DNA of 64,000 nt, taken from NCBI GenBank assembly GCA_045863335.1, contig BTVY01000034.1, positions 13,699 through 77,698 on the forward strand, in the 5' to 3' direction. The stretch is from Candidatus Hydrogenedentota bacterium. GTDB lineage: Bacteria; Hydrogenedentota; Hydrogenedentia; Hydrogenedentales; SLHB01. Position 1 is the stretch's first letter; every line of letters starts with the position of its first letter. Below the pieces are notes generated by a model, which did no database searches, was not told where the DNA came from, and saw nothing but the letters and a program-made list of their open reading frames with translations. This document shows positions 49,257-58,302 of the stretch, piece after piece. Made by a program: the position numbers and the translations under genes.

Positions 49257-49955
49257 TCAGCTCTTCTTCTCGATCGCCTGGCCTTCGTGGATGTAGATCC
49301 AGCGGTCCGCGTGTTTCGCCATGGTGTCATCGTGCGTCACGATGACCAGCGTGACCCCTTCGGAGCGGTTCAGCTCCCACAAGAGATCAATAATGCCGTC
49401 GCCTGTGCGTTCGTCAAGGTTGCCGGTGGGTTCGTCGGCGAGCACCACCGAAGGCCGGTTGAACAGCGCGCGCCCGATGGCGACCCGCTGCTGCTCGCCC
49501 CCGCTGAGCATGCCCGGCTTGTGCGTCATGCGGTCGGCAAGGCCCACCTTCGTCAGCAGTTCCTCCGCCCGCTCCCCAAGTTCGCTCCGCTTCTTGCCCA
49601 TGCTGAACGCCGGCATCATCACATTCTCCAACGCCGTGAATTCGGGCAAGAGATGGTAGAACTGAAAGACGAAGCCAATCTCTTCGTTGCGGATTCGGTT
49701 GATCTCGTTCCGGCTCGTTTCCGCCAGCGACGTGCCGCGAAACAGCACCTTGCCCGACGTGGGCCGGTCCAGCGTGCCGATGATATGCAACAGCGTGCTT
49801 TTCCCAACACCGGAAGGCCCGCTGATGGCGAGGCTTTCCCCGTCGCGCACGTCCAGGTTCAACCGCTGGAGAATCCGCAATTCCCGGCTTCCGTCGTGGA
49901 AGGTTTTTTCGAGGTCCACGCACTCGATTACTTTGTTGTTGCCGCGTTTACTCAT
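49257..49955 (-). CDS. lolD: Lipoprotein-releasing ABC transporter ATP-binding protein
   Basis: GPSGVGKSTLLH, GFVFQFYHLLPEFTALENV and LSGGEQQR. Confidence 0.88.
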   Translation of the reverse strand: MSKRGNNKVIECVDLEKTFHDGSRELRILQRLNLDVRDGESLAISGPSGVGKSTLLHIIGTLDRPTSGKVLFRGTSLAETSRNEINRIRNEEIGFVFQFYHLLPEFTALENVMMPAFSMGKKRSELGERAEELLTKVGLADRMTHKPGMLSGGEQQRVAIGRALFNRPSVVLADEPTGNLDERTGDGIIDLLWELNRSEGVTLVIVTHDDTMAKHADRWIYIHEGQAIEKKS

Positions 49956-51213
49956 AGCGCAACGCATCCACCGGGTCGAGACGCGATGCGCTCCACGCCG
50001 GATACAGGGTCGAAACAAAGGTGAGAATCACCGAGCATACGGTGATACCAATGATGTCGCGCGGCACGACGGAAACCGGAATGTGGTCGAAGTGGTAGAT
50101 GACTTTGTTAAACAAGTCGATGCCGAGAAACCACGCAATCACCTCCGCCACGGGATTCAGGTTGTACGCAAGCAGGGTCCCGCAAACGACGCCGATGAAC
50201 GTGCCGCTCAGCCCGATGTACAGCCCCTCCAGCATGAATAACTGAATGATGGCGCGGCTGCTGACCCCCAGCGTGCGCAGGATGCCGATGTCGCGCTTCT
50301 TTTCCATGACCACCATGATCAGCGTGCTCGTGATGTTGAAGGCGGCCACGAGGATGATGAACATGAGAATGATGAACATGGCCACCTTCTCCTGTTTCAA
50401 TGCCTCGAAGAAAAACTGGTTGCTGTCGTACCATGTTGACGTAAGGAACCCGTAATCCCCCTTGATCCGGTTGGCCAACACGTCCGCGCGCATGGGATCC
50501 TTGATAATGCAATGGATCGCATCCACCCCGTCGCGCTTGATGATTTGTTGCGCGGTCTCCAGCGTGATGTAGGCGTATACAGAATCGAAATCCTGCATCT
50601 GCGCCTGGGAAATGCCGCTCACGGTGAGCCACTTCGCCTGCGACGACACGCGCCCGAAGGGCGACACGCTATCGGTCGGCGTGATGACCGCCACTTGATC
50701 GCCTATGTACACCCCGATGTTCTGTGCGAGCGCCCAGCCCAGCACGATCTCGTTCTTGCCCGGCAGGTTGCCCGCGCCCATGGTGCGGCCCCGCTCCTTC
50801 GTCAGGTTCTCTTCAAGTTGTGTGACCTTCGTCTCCCGCTCGGGATCGATTCCGATGACGAAGGCCGCCTCATAGGCTTGCCCGCTGGTCTGGCCGCGCC
50901 GGAGCACGGATTTGATTTGGATGATAGGGCTCGCCGCGAGGATGTCCGGATACTCTTCCATCAGTGCGGCGATGACCGCATCCGGATTGTCAATGGGGTC
51001 GTGAAACGCGTCTTCAATGGTGAGATGGGCGTTGTTGCCCATGATCGACGCAGTGAGTTCTTCGTCAAACCCCGTCATAACGCCCATGACCACGATTAAC
51101 GCCATCACCCCCACGCTCACCCCGGCGACCGAGATGATCGTGATCAGGCTAACGAAGCGGTTCTTGCGCTTCCCGCGCAAATACCGCATGGCCACATAGG
51201 CTTCAAAACGCAT
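49948..51213 (-). CDS. lolE: Lipoprotein-releasing ABC transporter permease LolC/E
   Basis: AMRYLRGKRKNRFVSLI, EKKRDIGILRTLG and YPAWSASRLDPVDALRYE. Confidence 0.88.
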   Translation of the reverse strand: MRFEAYVAMRYLRGKRKNRFVSLITIISVAGVSVGVMALIVVMGVMTGFDEELTASIMGNNAHLTIEDAFHDPIDNPDAVIAALMEEYPDILAASPIIQIKSVLRRGQTSGQAYEAAFVIGIDPERETKVTQLEENLTKERGRTMGAGNLPGKNEIVLGWALAQNIGVYIGDQVAVITPTDSVSPFGRVSSQAKWLTVSGISQAQMQDFDSVYAYITLETAQQIIKRDGVDAIHCIIKDPMRADVLANRIKGDYGFLTSTWYDSNQFFFEALKQEKVAMFIILMFIILVAAFNITSTLIMVVMEKKRDIGILRTLGVSSRAIIQLFMLEGLYIGLSGTFIGVVCGTLLAYNLNPVAEVIAWFLGIDLFNKVIYHFDHIPVSVVPRDIIGITVCSVILTFVSTLYPAWSASRLDPVDALRYE

Positions 51214-51282
51214 TCGGCTCTTTCCTGTGTCCCTGTTCGCAAGTCGTCAAGGGCGCTTCATCGCAAGTTTCTCTTCGCACGT

Positions 51283-51449
51283 AAGAACATCCCCCTTGAT
51301 CCCCCTTCGAAGGGGGAATTTGCTCACCACAGGTCTTGATCCTGTTCACGCGCCTGCTCCCCATCCTGAAGTTACGCGCTACACTTCCAACGCAACGCAG
51401 CGCGTTGCGAAGATTCCCCCTTTGAAGGGGGATCAAGGGGGATGTTCTT
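51283..51449. repeat. Inverted pair of the 36-bp CCCCCTTCAAAGGGGG element
   Basis: Copies at 51283-51318 (forward) and 51414-51449 (reverse). Confidence 0.9.
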
Positions 51450-51492
51450 CGTCCTTCTCGCCGTGCGATACACCTTTGCAGCGGGCGCCGTA

Positions 51493-52992
51493 CTACAGCG
51501 GCCGCAGCAAGGGGAACAGAATCACCTCGCGGATGGACGCGGAGTCGGTCAACAACATGGCGAATCGATCGATCCCAATCCCAAGTCCCGCCGTCGGCGG
51601 CATGCCCACTTCCAGCGCGGTGATAAAATCTTCGTCCAGCCGCTGCGCTTCGTCGTCGCCGAGTTCGCGCTGCTTGAGCTGGTCCATGAAACGCTCGCGC
51701 TGGTCGATGGGATCGTTCAACTCGGAGAAGGCGTTGCACATTTCCAATCGCCCAATGAACGCCTGAAACCGCTCCGTCAACGCCGGGTTGTCCCGCTTCT
51801 TCTTGGCCAGCGGCGAAATCTCGATGGGGTAGTCGTAGAGGAACGTGGGCTGCACCAGATGGGGCACCACCTTCAGGCTCATGACTTCGTCCACGATCTT
51901 TCCGTATCCCATGGTTGCGTCCACGTCGACTCCGGCTTTCTTCGCGAGCGTCGCGGCCTCTTCCCGGTCCCGCGTGGCTTCGAGATCGACGCCCGCGTAC
52001 TCGCGGATCGCGTCGAACAGCTTGATCCGTTTCCACGGCCGCTTCGCCTCAATGGTCTCGCCCTGGTACGGGAACGCCGTCCCGCCCGTGACCGCTTCGA
52101 TGACCGCGACGAAGAGTTCCTCCGTACGGTCCATTAATCCCATGTAATCCTGATACGCCTCGTAGAGTTCCATCATGGTGAATTCGGGATTGTGCCGGGT
52201 GTCGACGCCTTCGTTGCGGAAGTTGCGGTTGATCTCGAACACGCGCTCGAACCCGCCGACGATGCAGCGTTTCAAATACAGCTCCGGCGCGATGCGCAAA
52301 TACAGCTCGCTGTCGTAGGTGTTGTGGTGCGTGATGAAGGGCCGCGCCGTCGCGCCGCCGGGGATGGACTGCAGCATGGGCGTCTCGACTTCGATGAAGC
52401 CGCGCTCGTTCAACCAAGACCGCATGGCCGCGATCAGCGTTACCCGTTTCCGGATCGTGTCCAGCACTTCCGGGTTGGCCACCATGTCGAGATAGCGCTG
52501 GCGGTAGCGCGTCTCCACGTCGGTCAATCCGTGATACTTCTCGGGCAACGCGCGCAGCGATTTCGTCAGGATCTCGAAGGACGTCGCAAAGAGCGTGATC
52601 TCGCCCTTGCGCGTCCGGTGCACCTCGCCGGTCGCGCCGATGAAGTCGCCCATGTCGAGATCGTGCACCGCCGCGAAGGCTTCCTCACCCAGCGCCTTCA
52701 CGTTGAAGTACACCTGGATCTGCCCGGTCTCGTCGCGGATATCGGCGAACACGCTCTTCCCGTGATCGCGAAACGACACCATGCGCCCCGCGAGGATCGC
52801 CGGAACCTTGGCGACTTCGTCTTCGCGCGCGGCAGACTCGACTCGCTCGAACTCCGCGCGCGCCTTGCCGATGGCCGAGGATCGCTCGAACGTGTATTTG
52901 AACGGCTCGTCGCCCCGCGCGCGAATGCGCTCCAACTTCTCCAGGCGGTGACGCCGCAATTCCTCTTCGGTTGAATGGTGCTCTTCGGTCAT
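51493..52992 (-). CDS. lysS: Lysine--tRNA ligase (class II)
   Basis: RYRQRYLD, YLRIAPELYLKR, FRNEG..HNPEFTMME and GMPPTAGLGIGIDR. Confidence 0.97.
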   Translation of the reverse strand: MTEEHHSTEEELRRHRLEKLERIRARGDEPFKYTFERSSAIGKARAEFERVESAAREDEVAKVPAILAGRMVSFRDHGKSVFADIRDETGQIQVYFNVKALGEEAFAAVHDLDMGDFIGATGEVHRTRKGEITLFATSFEILTKSLRALPEKYHGLTDVETRYRQRYLDMVANPEVLDTIRKRVTLIAAMRSWLNERGFIEVETPMLQSIPGGATARPFITHHNTYDSELYLRIAPELYLKRCIVGGFERVFEINRNFRNEGVDTRHNPEFTMMELYEAYQDYMGLMDRTEELFVAVIEAVTGGTAFPYQGETIEAKRPWKRIKLFDAIREYAGVDLEATRDREEAATLAKKAGVDVDATMGYGKIVDEVMSLKVVPHLVQPTFLYDYPIEISPLAKKKRDNPALTERFQAFIGRLEMCNAFSELNDPIDQRERFMDQLKQRELGDDEAQRLDEDFITALEVGMPPTAGLGIGIDRFAMLLTDSASIREVILFPLLRPL

Positions 52993-52996
52993 GAGA

Positions 52997-54109
52997 CTAA
53001 TTCCGGCCTTTCCGCTCGAGGTTCCACTTCAGGTAACTCGCAATAAACAAATCGAGATCGCCGTCCAACACGCGGTCCACGTTGCCCGTCTCCGTATCGG
53101 TCCGGTGATCCTTGATGAGCTGGTACGGGTGCAGCACGTAGCTGCGAATCTGGCTGCCCCAGGCGGCGTCCGCCTGCCCTTCGCGCAGGGCTATGCGTTC
53201 CGCTTCTTTCTTCTGCATCTCAATGTCGTACAACTTCGCCTTCAACATATTCAATGCCGTGGCGCGATTGCGGTGTTGCGACCGCTCGATCTGGCATGCC
53301 ACGACGATGCCCGTCGGCAGATGCGTCAACCGCACCGCGGAGCTGGTCTTGTTCACTTTCTGCCCACCGGGACCGCTGGACCGGAACACGTCCATCTTGA
53401 GTTCGTCTTCTTTGATCTCGATGTCCACGTCCTCGTCCGCTTCCGGCACGACTTCGATGGCCGCAAAGGACGTATGCCGACGCTTGTTGGCGTCGAAGGG
53501 CGAGATGCGCACCAGCCTGTGTACGCCCGCCTCGGACTTCAGATTGCCGTAGGCAAAGGGCCCTTCCGCGATCAGCGTGGCGCTCTTCAATCCCGCCTCG
53601 TCGCCTTCCTGATAGTCGACGACTTCGATGTTGAACTCGTGCCGCTCGCAGCAGCGCGTAATCATGCGGTACAGCATCAGCGCCCAGTCGCAGGATTCCG
53701 TGCCGCCCGCGCCGGGATGGATGTTGATGATGGCGCTCTTCGTATCGCGCGGATCGTTGAACAGGCTCGTAATCTCGAGCCGATCCAGTTTTTCCTCGAT
53801 TTGGCCGATCTGTTCCTCCAACTCGGGACCCATCGCCGCTTCCTCTTCCGACTGGGCCAACTCGACCAGGACTTCCGCGTCGCTGATCTCCGCCGCCAGC
53901 GAATCGGGCGACGCGATGATCGCCTTCAGGCTCTTCAGCTTCTGCACGGTCTTCTGCGCGATCTCCGGATCGTCCCAGAAGTTCGCGGCCGACATGACCT
54001 GCTCGATCGCGTCGATCTCTTTCTTCGTGCCTTCCGCATCCAGACATTTGCGCAGCTCCTGCAAGCGCGCCGAGTAGTCCTTCAAACGTTCGGCCAGTTC
54101 TTCATACAT
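52997..54109 (-). CDS. prfB: Peptide chain release factor 2, continuous ORF (no programmed frameshift)
   Basis: GAGGTESCDW, HRLVRISPFD (SPF motif) and SSGPGGQKVN (GGQ). Confidence 0.96.
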   Translation of the reverse strand: MYEELAERLKDYSARLQELRKCLDAEGTKKEIDAIEQVMSAANFWDDPEIAQKTVQKLKSLKAIIASPDSLAAEISDAEVLVELAQSEEEAAMGPELEEQIGQIEEKLDRLEITSLFNDPRDTKSAIINIHPGAGGTESCDWALMLYRMITRCCERHEFNIEVVDYQEGDEAGLKSATLIAEGPFAYGNLKSEAGVHRLVRISPFDANKRRHTSFAAIEVVPEADEDVDIEIKEDELKMDVFRSSGPGGQKVNKTSSAVRLTHLPTGIVVACQIERSQHRNRATALNMLKAKLYDIEMQKKEAERIALREGQADAAWGSQIRSYVLHPYQLIKDHRTDTETGNVDRVLDGDLDLFIASYLKWNLERKGRN

Positions 54110-54227
54110 AGGTTCGAATTCCCTGTCTGCCTGTACAGACCTCTCTGTTTTCGGTGGAAACTCCGCCGTTCGAGACTCGATGCCAGACCAACGTCCGATC
54201 CGTTCGCGATACCGGCAAGGGCTCGGA

Positions 54228-54336
54228 AATTTGGAATCGAAGATTTCGGATTTGAAATCTCAGCTCCAAGTACCGGGTTGCAAGACGTTGATCCCTAACG
54301 CACGATTTCCGAATCTGAGATCTCAAATCTGAAATT
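54228..54336. repeat. Element with inverted arms of 7-nt-period units (GATTTCG/AATCTCA type)
   Basis: AATTTGG AATCGAA GATTTCG GATTTGA AATCTCA ... CGAATCT GAGATCT CAAATCT GAAATT. Confidence 0.6.
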
Positions 54337-54433
54337 GCGTTGTTCTAAGTCGTGACCCTTACAGTTAGTCGCCATGCTCTCCGTTGAGACAACGAGCAAC
54401 CGCCGCGGACAACGGCATCACTTACGAGTCACG

Positions 54434-55276
54434 TCACGTAAAAAGCGGCACCGCCATATAGTATAGAAACGGCGATGCGAACAGGAATCCGTCACACCGA
54501 TCCAGCACGCCGCCATGCCCCGGAAAGAACGAACCCGAATCCTTCCAGCCGGCGTCGCGTTTCAGACACGATTCCGCGAGGTCGCCCACCTGCGATGCGA
54601 TCGATAGGACCATCCCCGCGTACAGATAGCGGCCCAAAGTCCAGTCCGGCAGGAAGGCGCCGAGATAGTTCCGCTGCAAGTACCAAACCACCGCCATGCC
54701 CAGGATGGTAAATACGAATCCGCCCGCCGCGCCTTCCCAGGTCTTGCCGGGGCTGACCTTCGGCGCCAGCTTGTGCTTGCCGATGGCCCGTCCCACGAAG
54801 AAGGCCGCCGTATCCGTCAAGACCACCGCGACGAACAGCATCGTCACGAAACCCGATCCCACCTGGGGGATTCCGTGAAGCAGCACAAGATGCGCCGCGA
54901 ACCAGCCGACGTAGACGACTCCGAAAATGGTTCCCGCGAGGCCCGCCACGGCGTAGTGCCCGCGCACGACATGGAGCGCCGCCACCAGCAGACAGCCGCC
55001 GTACAAGAGATAGTTCGTCAGCGTCAGGCTGCCGAAGTAGCCACTCAGCGCCACGATCGTGCCCGCCAGCATGCCGCCGATGGTCTCCGGCGAAATCTGC
55101 CGCGCCCGGGCGATGGCGTACAGTTCGTACAACCCGACCAATGTCAGCGCGCCGACCAGCACGGCAAAGCCGAGGCGCAATTGCGGCACCCACATGACCA
55201 CAAGAAAGATGCTGAGCACCGATACGCCCGTGAGCGTACGCAACAGGACAGACCCGTCCTTCAGGGCGAGGCTCAT
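54434..55276 (-). CDS. cdsA: Phosphatidate cytidylyltransferase
   Basis: DTAAFFVG, SPGKTWEG and GDLAESCLKRDAGWKDSG..PGHGGVLDRCD. Confidence 0.95.
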   Translation of the reverse strand: MSLALKDGSVLLRTLTGVSVLSIFLVVMWVPQLRLGFAVLVGALTLVGLYELYAIARARQISPETIGGMLAGTIVALSGYFGSLTLTNYLLYGGCLLVAALHVVRGHYAVAGLAGTIFGVVYVGWFAAHLVLLHGIPQVGSGFVTMLFVAVVLTDTAAFFVGRAIGKHKLAPKVSPGKTWEGAAGGFVFTILGMAVVWYLQRNYLGAFLPDWTLGRYLYAGMVLSIASQVGDLAESCLKRDAGWKDSGSFFPGHGGVLDRCDGFLFASPFLYYMAVPLFT

Positions 55277-55280
55277 GGGG

Positions 55281-56048
55281 TCACCGGCCGCCGAATCGGC
55301 GTTGACGCGATTGGTACTCCGCGATGGCCGCGTACAGGTGCGGTTTGCGGAAATCCGGCCAGAGCGTCGGCACGGCCACGATCTCCGCATAGGAAAGCTG
55401 CCACAGCATGAAATTGCTCAACCGCATTTCGCCGCTCGTGCGAATCAGCAGGTCCGGGTCCGGCAAGTGCGGCACGTACAGATGCTCCGCCACGCAGGCC
55501 TCATCCACCGAATCCGGGTCGAGCTTCCCCGCCTTGACCTCGCGCGCGATGGCCCTGGCCGCATCTGCGAGTTCCGCGCGGGCGCCGTAGTTGATCGCCA
55601 CGTTCAGCGTCATGGCCGTGTTGTTCGCGGTCAACTCCATGGAATGGCGCAGGTCGCGCTGCGCCCGTTGCGGCAGCCCGTCCATCCGCCCCATGACGGA
55701 CACGCGGATGTTCTCTTTGTGAATGCTTTCAAGTTCGATGCCGATGTATTTGCTGAGGAGACGGAACAAAGCGTCCACTTCCAGCTTGGAACGCCGCCAG
55801 TTCTCGGTCGAGAAGGCATATAGCGTGAGGACGGAAACCCCCAGTTCGCGGCATGCCTCTACCACAGCGCGCACGCTCTTCGCACCGGCCTCGTGGCCCG
55901 CCGCCCGGCTCACATCGTGCTGAGCCGCCCAGCGGCCATTGCCATCCATAATGACGGCCACATGGCGCGGCACCCGGTCACGGTCGATCTGTGGAAGTTC
56001 ATCCGTCATATCCCGAGTCAGGTGCGTATTGGCTACCGAAGTGTTCAT
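55281..56048 (-). CDS. uppS: Undecaprenyl diphosphate synthase (start may be 56009)
   Basis: HVAVIMDGNGRWA, YAFSTENWRR and DLLIRTSGEMRLSNFMLWQ. Confidence 0.95.
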   Translation of the reverse strand: MNTSVANTHLTRDMTDELPQIDRDRVPRHVAVIMDGNGRWAAQHDVSRAAGHEAGAKSVRAVVEACRELGVSVLTLYAFSTENWRRSKLEVDALFRLLSKYIGIELESIHKENIRVSVMGRMDGLPQRAQRDLRHSMELTANNTAMTLNVAINYGARAELADAARAIAREVKAGKLDPDSVDEACVAEHLYVPHLPDPDLLIRTSGEMRLSNFMLWQLSYAEIVAVPTLWPDFRKPHLYAAIAEYQSRQRRFGGR

Positions 56049-56068
56049 CAACGTCTCGAATGAAGAAT

Positions 56069-56176
56069 GGAAAAATGGGGACAGGCACCATTTTCCATTT
56101 CAGGCGCCGAGTAATGACCACTGCGCGGAGAAGGAAAATGGTGCCTGTCCCAGTTTTTCCCTGTCCCCATTTTTCC
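56069..56176. repeat. 28-bp-arm hairpin element (GGAAAAATGGGGACAG family), copy 2, plus an extra arm next to the frr stop
   Basis: GGAAAAATGGGGACAGGCACCATTTTCC (56069-56096) / GGAAAATGGTGCCTGTCCCAGTTTTTCC (56133-56160) / CTGTCCCCATTTTTCC (56161-56176). Confidence 0.85.
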
Positions 56177-56177
56177 C

Positions 56178-56735
56178 TCAGACTTCCATAATCTCTTCGT
56201 CTTTGGCCTTGAGGGACGCGTCTATCTTTCCGATGTATTCATCGGTAATCTTCTGGATTTCCGCCGTGAGTTTGTGGGCGTCGTCCTCGGGAAGGTCGCC
56301 GTCCTTCTGCTCTTTCTTGATCTCTTCCACAACGTGGCGCCGGATGTTGCGCACGGACACCCGCGCTTCTTCGGCCAGCTTGTGCACGTGCTTCACGAGA
56401 TCCTTGCGGCGATCTTCGGTCAACTGGGGGATAGGGATGCGAATCAATTTGCCGTCGTTGGAGGGCGTCAATTCGAGCGGCGATGCGAGAATCGCCTTTT
56501 CAATCGCGTTGATCTGCGACTTATCCCAAGGTGTGATTGTCAACAAACGCGCTTCCGGCGCGGATACGGTGCCCAACTGGTTAATCTTCATCCTGGAGCC
56601 GTAGACTTCCACTTCAATCGAATCCAGAAGTCCGGCCGATGCGCGCCCTGTGCGGATGTGAACCAGTTCGTGGTCGAAGGCCTCAAGGCTCTTCTGCATC
56701 TTCTCCCGTGCATCTTTGCAGAGCGCGTGCTCCAT
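56178..56735 (-). CDS. frr: Ribosome recycling factor
   Basis: IRTGRAS, PQLTEDRRKDLVK and EARVSVRNIRR. Confidence 0.97.
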   Translation of the reverse strand: MEHALCKDAREKMQKSLEAFDHELVHIRTGRASAGLLDSIEVEVYGSRMKINQLGTVSAPEARLLTITPWDKSQINAIEKAILASPLELTPSNDGKLIRIPIPQLTEDRRKDLVKHVHKLAEEARVSVRNIRRHVVEEIKKEQKDGDLPEDDAHKLTAEIQKITDEYIGKIDASLKAKDEEIMEV

Positions 56736-56738
56736 GAC

Positions 56739-57458
56739 TCAATCTCCTTTCACCAGCGTCCCTAACCGCTCCCCCTGAACCGCCCGGACGATGCTGCCCG
56801 GCTCATTGAGGTTGAACACCAGTATCGGCAATTTGCTTTCCCGACACAACGATATGGCGGTCGCGTCCATCACGCGCAAGTTCAGGGTCAATGCCGTCGT
56901 GTACGTCAGTTCATCATACTTCGTCGCGTCGGTATTCTTCACGGGGTCCTTGTCGTAGACGCCGTCGACCTTGGTCGCCTTGAGAAGCACGTCCGCGCCA
57001 ATCTCGCTTGCGCGCAAGGCCGCCGCCGTGTCGGTGGTGAAGAAGGGATTACCTGTCCCCGCGCCGAAGATGACGACCCGGCCCTTTTCGAGATGGCGCA
57101 ACGCGCGACGCCGGATATACGGTTCCGCCACGGGCCGCATCTCGATCGCCGTCAAGACCCGCGTGGCCGCGCCTCTGTGCTCCAGCACAGCCTGCAAAGC
57201 CAGCGCGTTGATGACCGTCGCCAGCATGCCCATATAGTCGCCGGAGGGCTGATCGATTCCCGTGTCGACGCCCTGGACGCCGCGGAAGATGTTGCCTCCG
57301 CCCACGACCAAGCCGACTTCCACACCCATCTTGCGCACCTGCACCACTTCGTCGCAGATACGCCCGACGGTTGCGAAATCAATAGTATCCGAGCCGTCCG
57401 CCTCGAGGGCTTCACCGCTCAGCTTGAGAATGATGCGCTTAAAGTGTGGTTCCGCCAA
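56739..57458 (-). CDS. pyrH: UMP kinase (TTG start)
   Basis: [25 protein letters not shown] and [15 protein letters not shown]. Confidence 0.97.
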   Translation of the reverse strand: MAEPHFKRIILKLSGEALEADGSDTIDFATVGRICDEVVQVRKMGVEVGLVVGGGNIFRGVQGVDTGIDQPSGDYMGMLATVINALALQAVLEHRGAATRVLTAIEMRPVAEPYIRRRALRHLEKGRVVIFGAGTGNPFFTTDTAAALRASEIGADVLLKATKVDGVYDKDPVKNTDATKYDELTYTTALTLNLRVMDATAISLCRESKLPILVFNLNEPGSIVRAVQGERLGTLVKGD

Positions 57459-57491
57459 CCTCAGTTTCCTTCCGCACGGTTAGCTATCGTC

Positions 57492-57661
57492 AGAACATCC
57501 CCCGGCCCTGTGGGCCACCCCCTTCAAAGGGGGACTCCGTACGCTCGCTTCGCTTGCGAGATATTGGACTAAGAGCTTTCCCATGAGAAGAAAGCCCGCG
57601 TTTCAGTCCACCATCTGACTCAGCGCATTCCCCCGTTGAAGGGGGATCAAGGGGGATGTTC
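57492..57661. repeat. Inverted pair of the 36-bp CCCCCTTCAAAGGGGG element; the left copy has an extra GGCCC-TGT-GGGCC hairpin
   Basis: Copies at 57492-57535 (forward) and 57628-57661 (reverse). Confidence 0.85.
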
Positions 57662-57699
57662 AACTGTTTCTATCGTTTCCCGGCGGCACGAGGCCCAGC

Positions 57700-58299
57700 T
57701 TACAGGGCCTCGCCCAACTCAAACCGCACAAAGCGGCGGACGTCGATCTTCTCGCCGACCAGACCGCTGAGTTCTTTCGCCAACTCTTCCATCGTGCGAT
57801 CGTTATCCTTTACGAAGGGCTGCTCCATCAGGCAAACCGTCTCGTACCACTTGTTCAGCTTGCCTTCGGCGATCTTTTCGCACACGTTGGCGGGCTTGCC
57901 GGTCTCGGCCGCCTGCTTTACGTAAATGTCTTTCTCTGCCGCGATGGCCGATTCCGGCACGTCTTCCCGGCGCACCCATTTCGGCGACGCCGAGCAAATC
58001 TGCAGGCACACTTCCTTGCAGAACGCCTGGAACTTGTCGCCGCGGGCCACGAAATCGGTCTCGCAGTTGATCTCGGCCAATACGCCGATCTTGCCGCCCA
58101 TGTGAATGTACGAGGTCACCGCGCCTTCGCTCGCCGTGCGGTCCGCGCGCTTGGCAGCCGACGCCATACCCTTTTCGCGAAGCCACGTCACGGCCTTATC
58201 GAAATCGCCATCCGACTCGTTCAACGCCTTCTTACAATCCATCATGCCCGCGCCGGTCGCATCGCGCAGGTCTTTTACCGCTTGAGCCGTAATCGCCAT
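57700..58299 (-). CDS. tsf: Elongation factor Ts (short, 199-aa type)
   Basis: [29 protein letters not shown] and [10 protein letters not shown]. Confidence 0.97.
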   Translation of the reverse strand: MAITAQAVKDLRDATGAGMMDCKKALNESDGDFDKAVTWLREKGMASAAKRADRTASEGAVTSYIHMGGKIGVLAEINCETDFVARGDKFQAFCKEVCLQICSASPKWVRREDVPESAIAAEKDIYVKQAAETGKPANVCEKIAEGKLNKWYETVCLMEQPFVKDNDRTMEELAKELSGLVGEKIDVRRFVRFELGEAL

Positions 58300-58302
58300 G
58301 GG

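Noticed and set aside
54111-54123. tRNA T-arm-like GGTTCGAATTCCC
   Set aside because: No cloverleaf can be built; it is the reverse complement of the prfB translation-initiation region.
57700-58299. Truncated EF-Ts pseudogene
   Set aside because: The roughly 200-aa form is a known complete EF-Ts type (e.g. Thermus, cyanobacteria) and ends with the normal RFxRFELGE motif.
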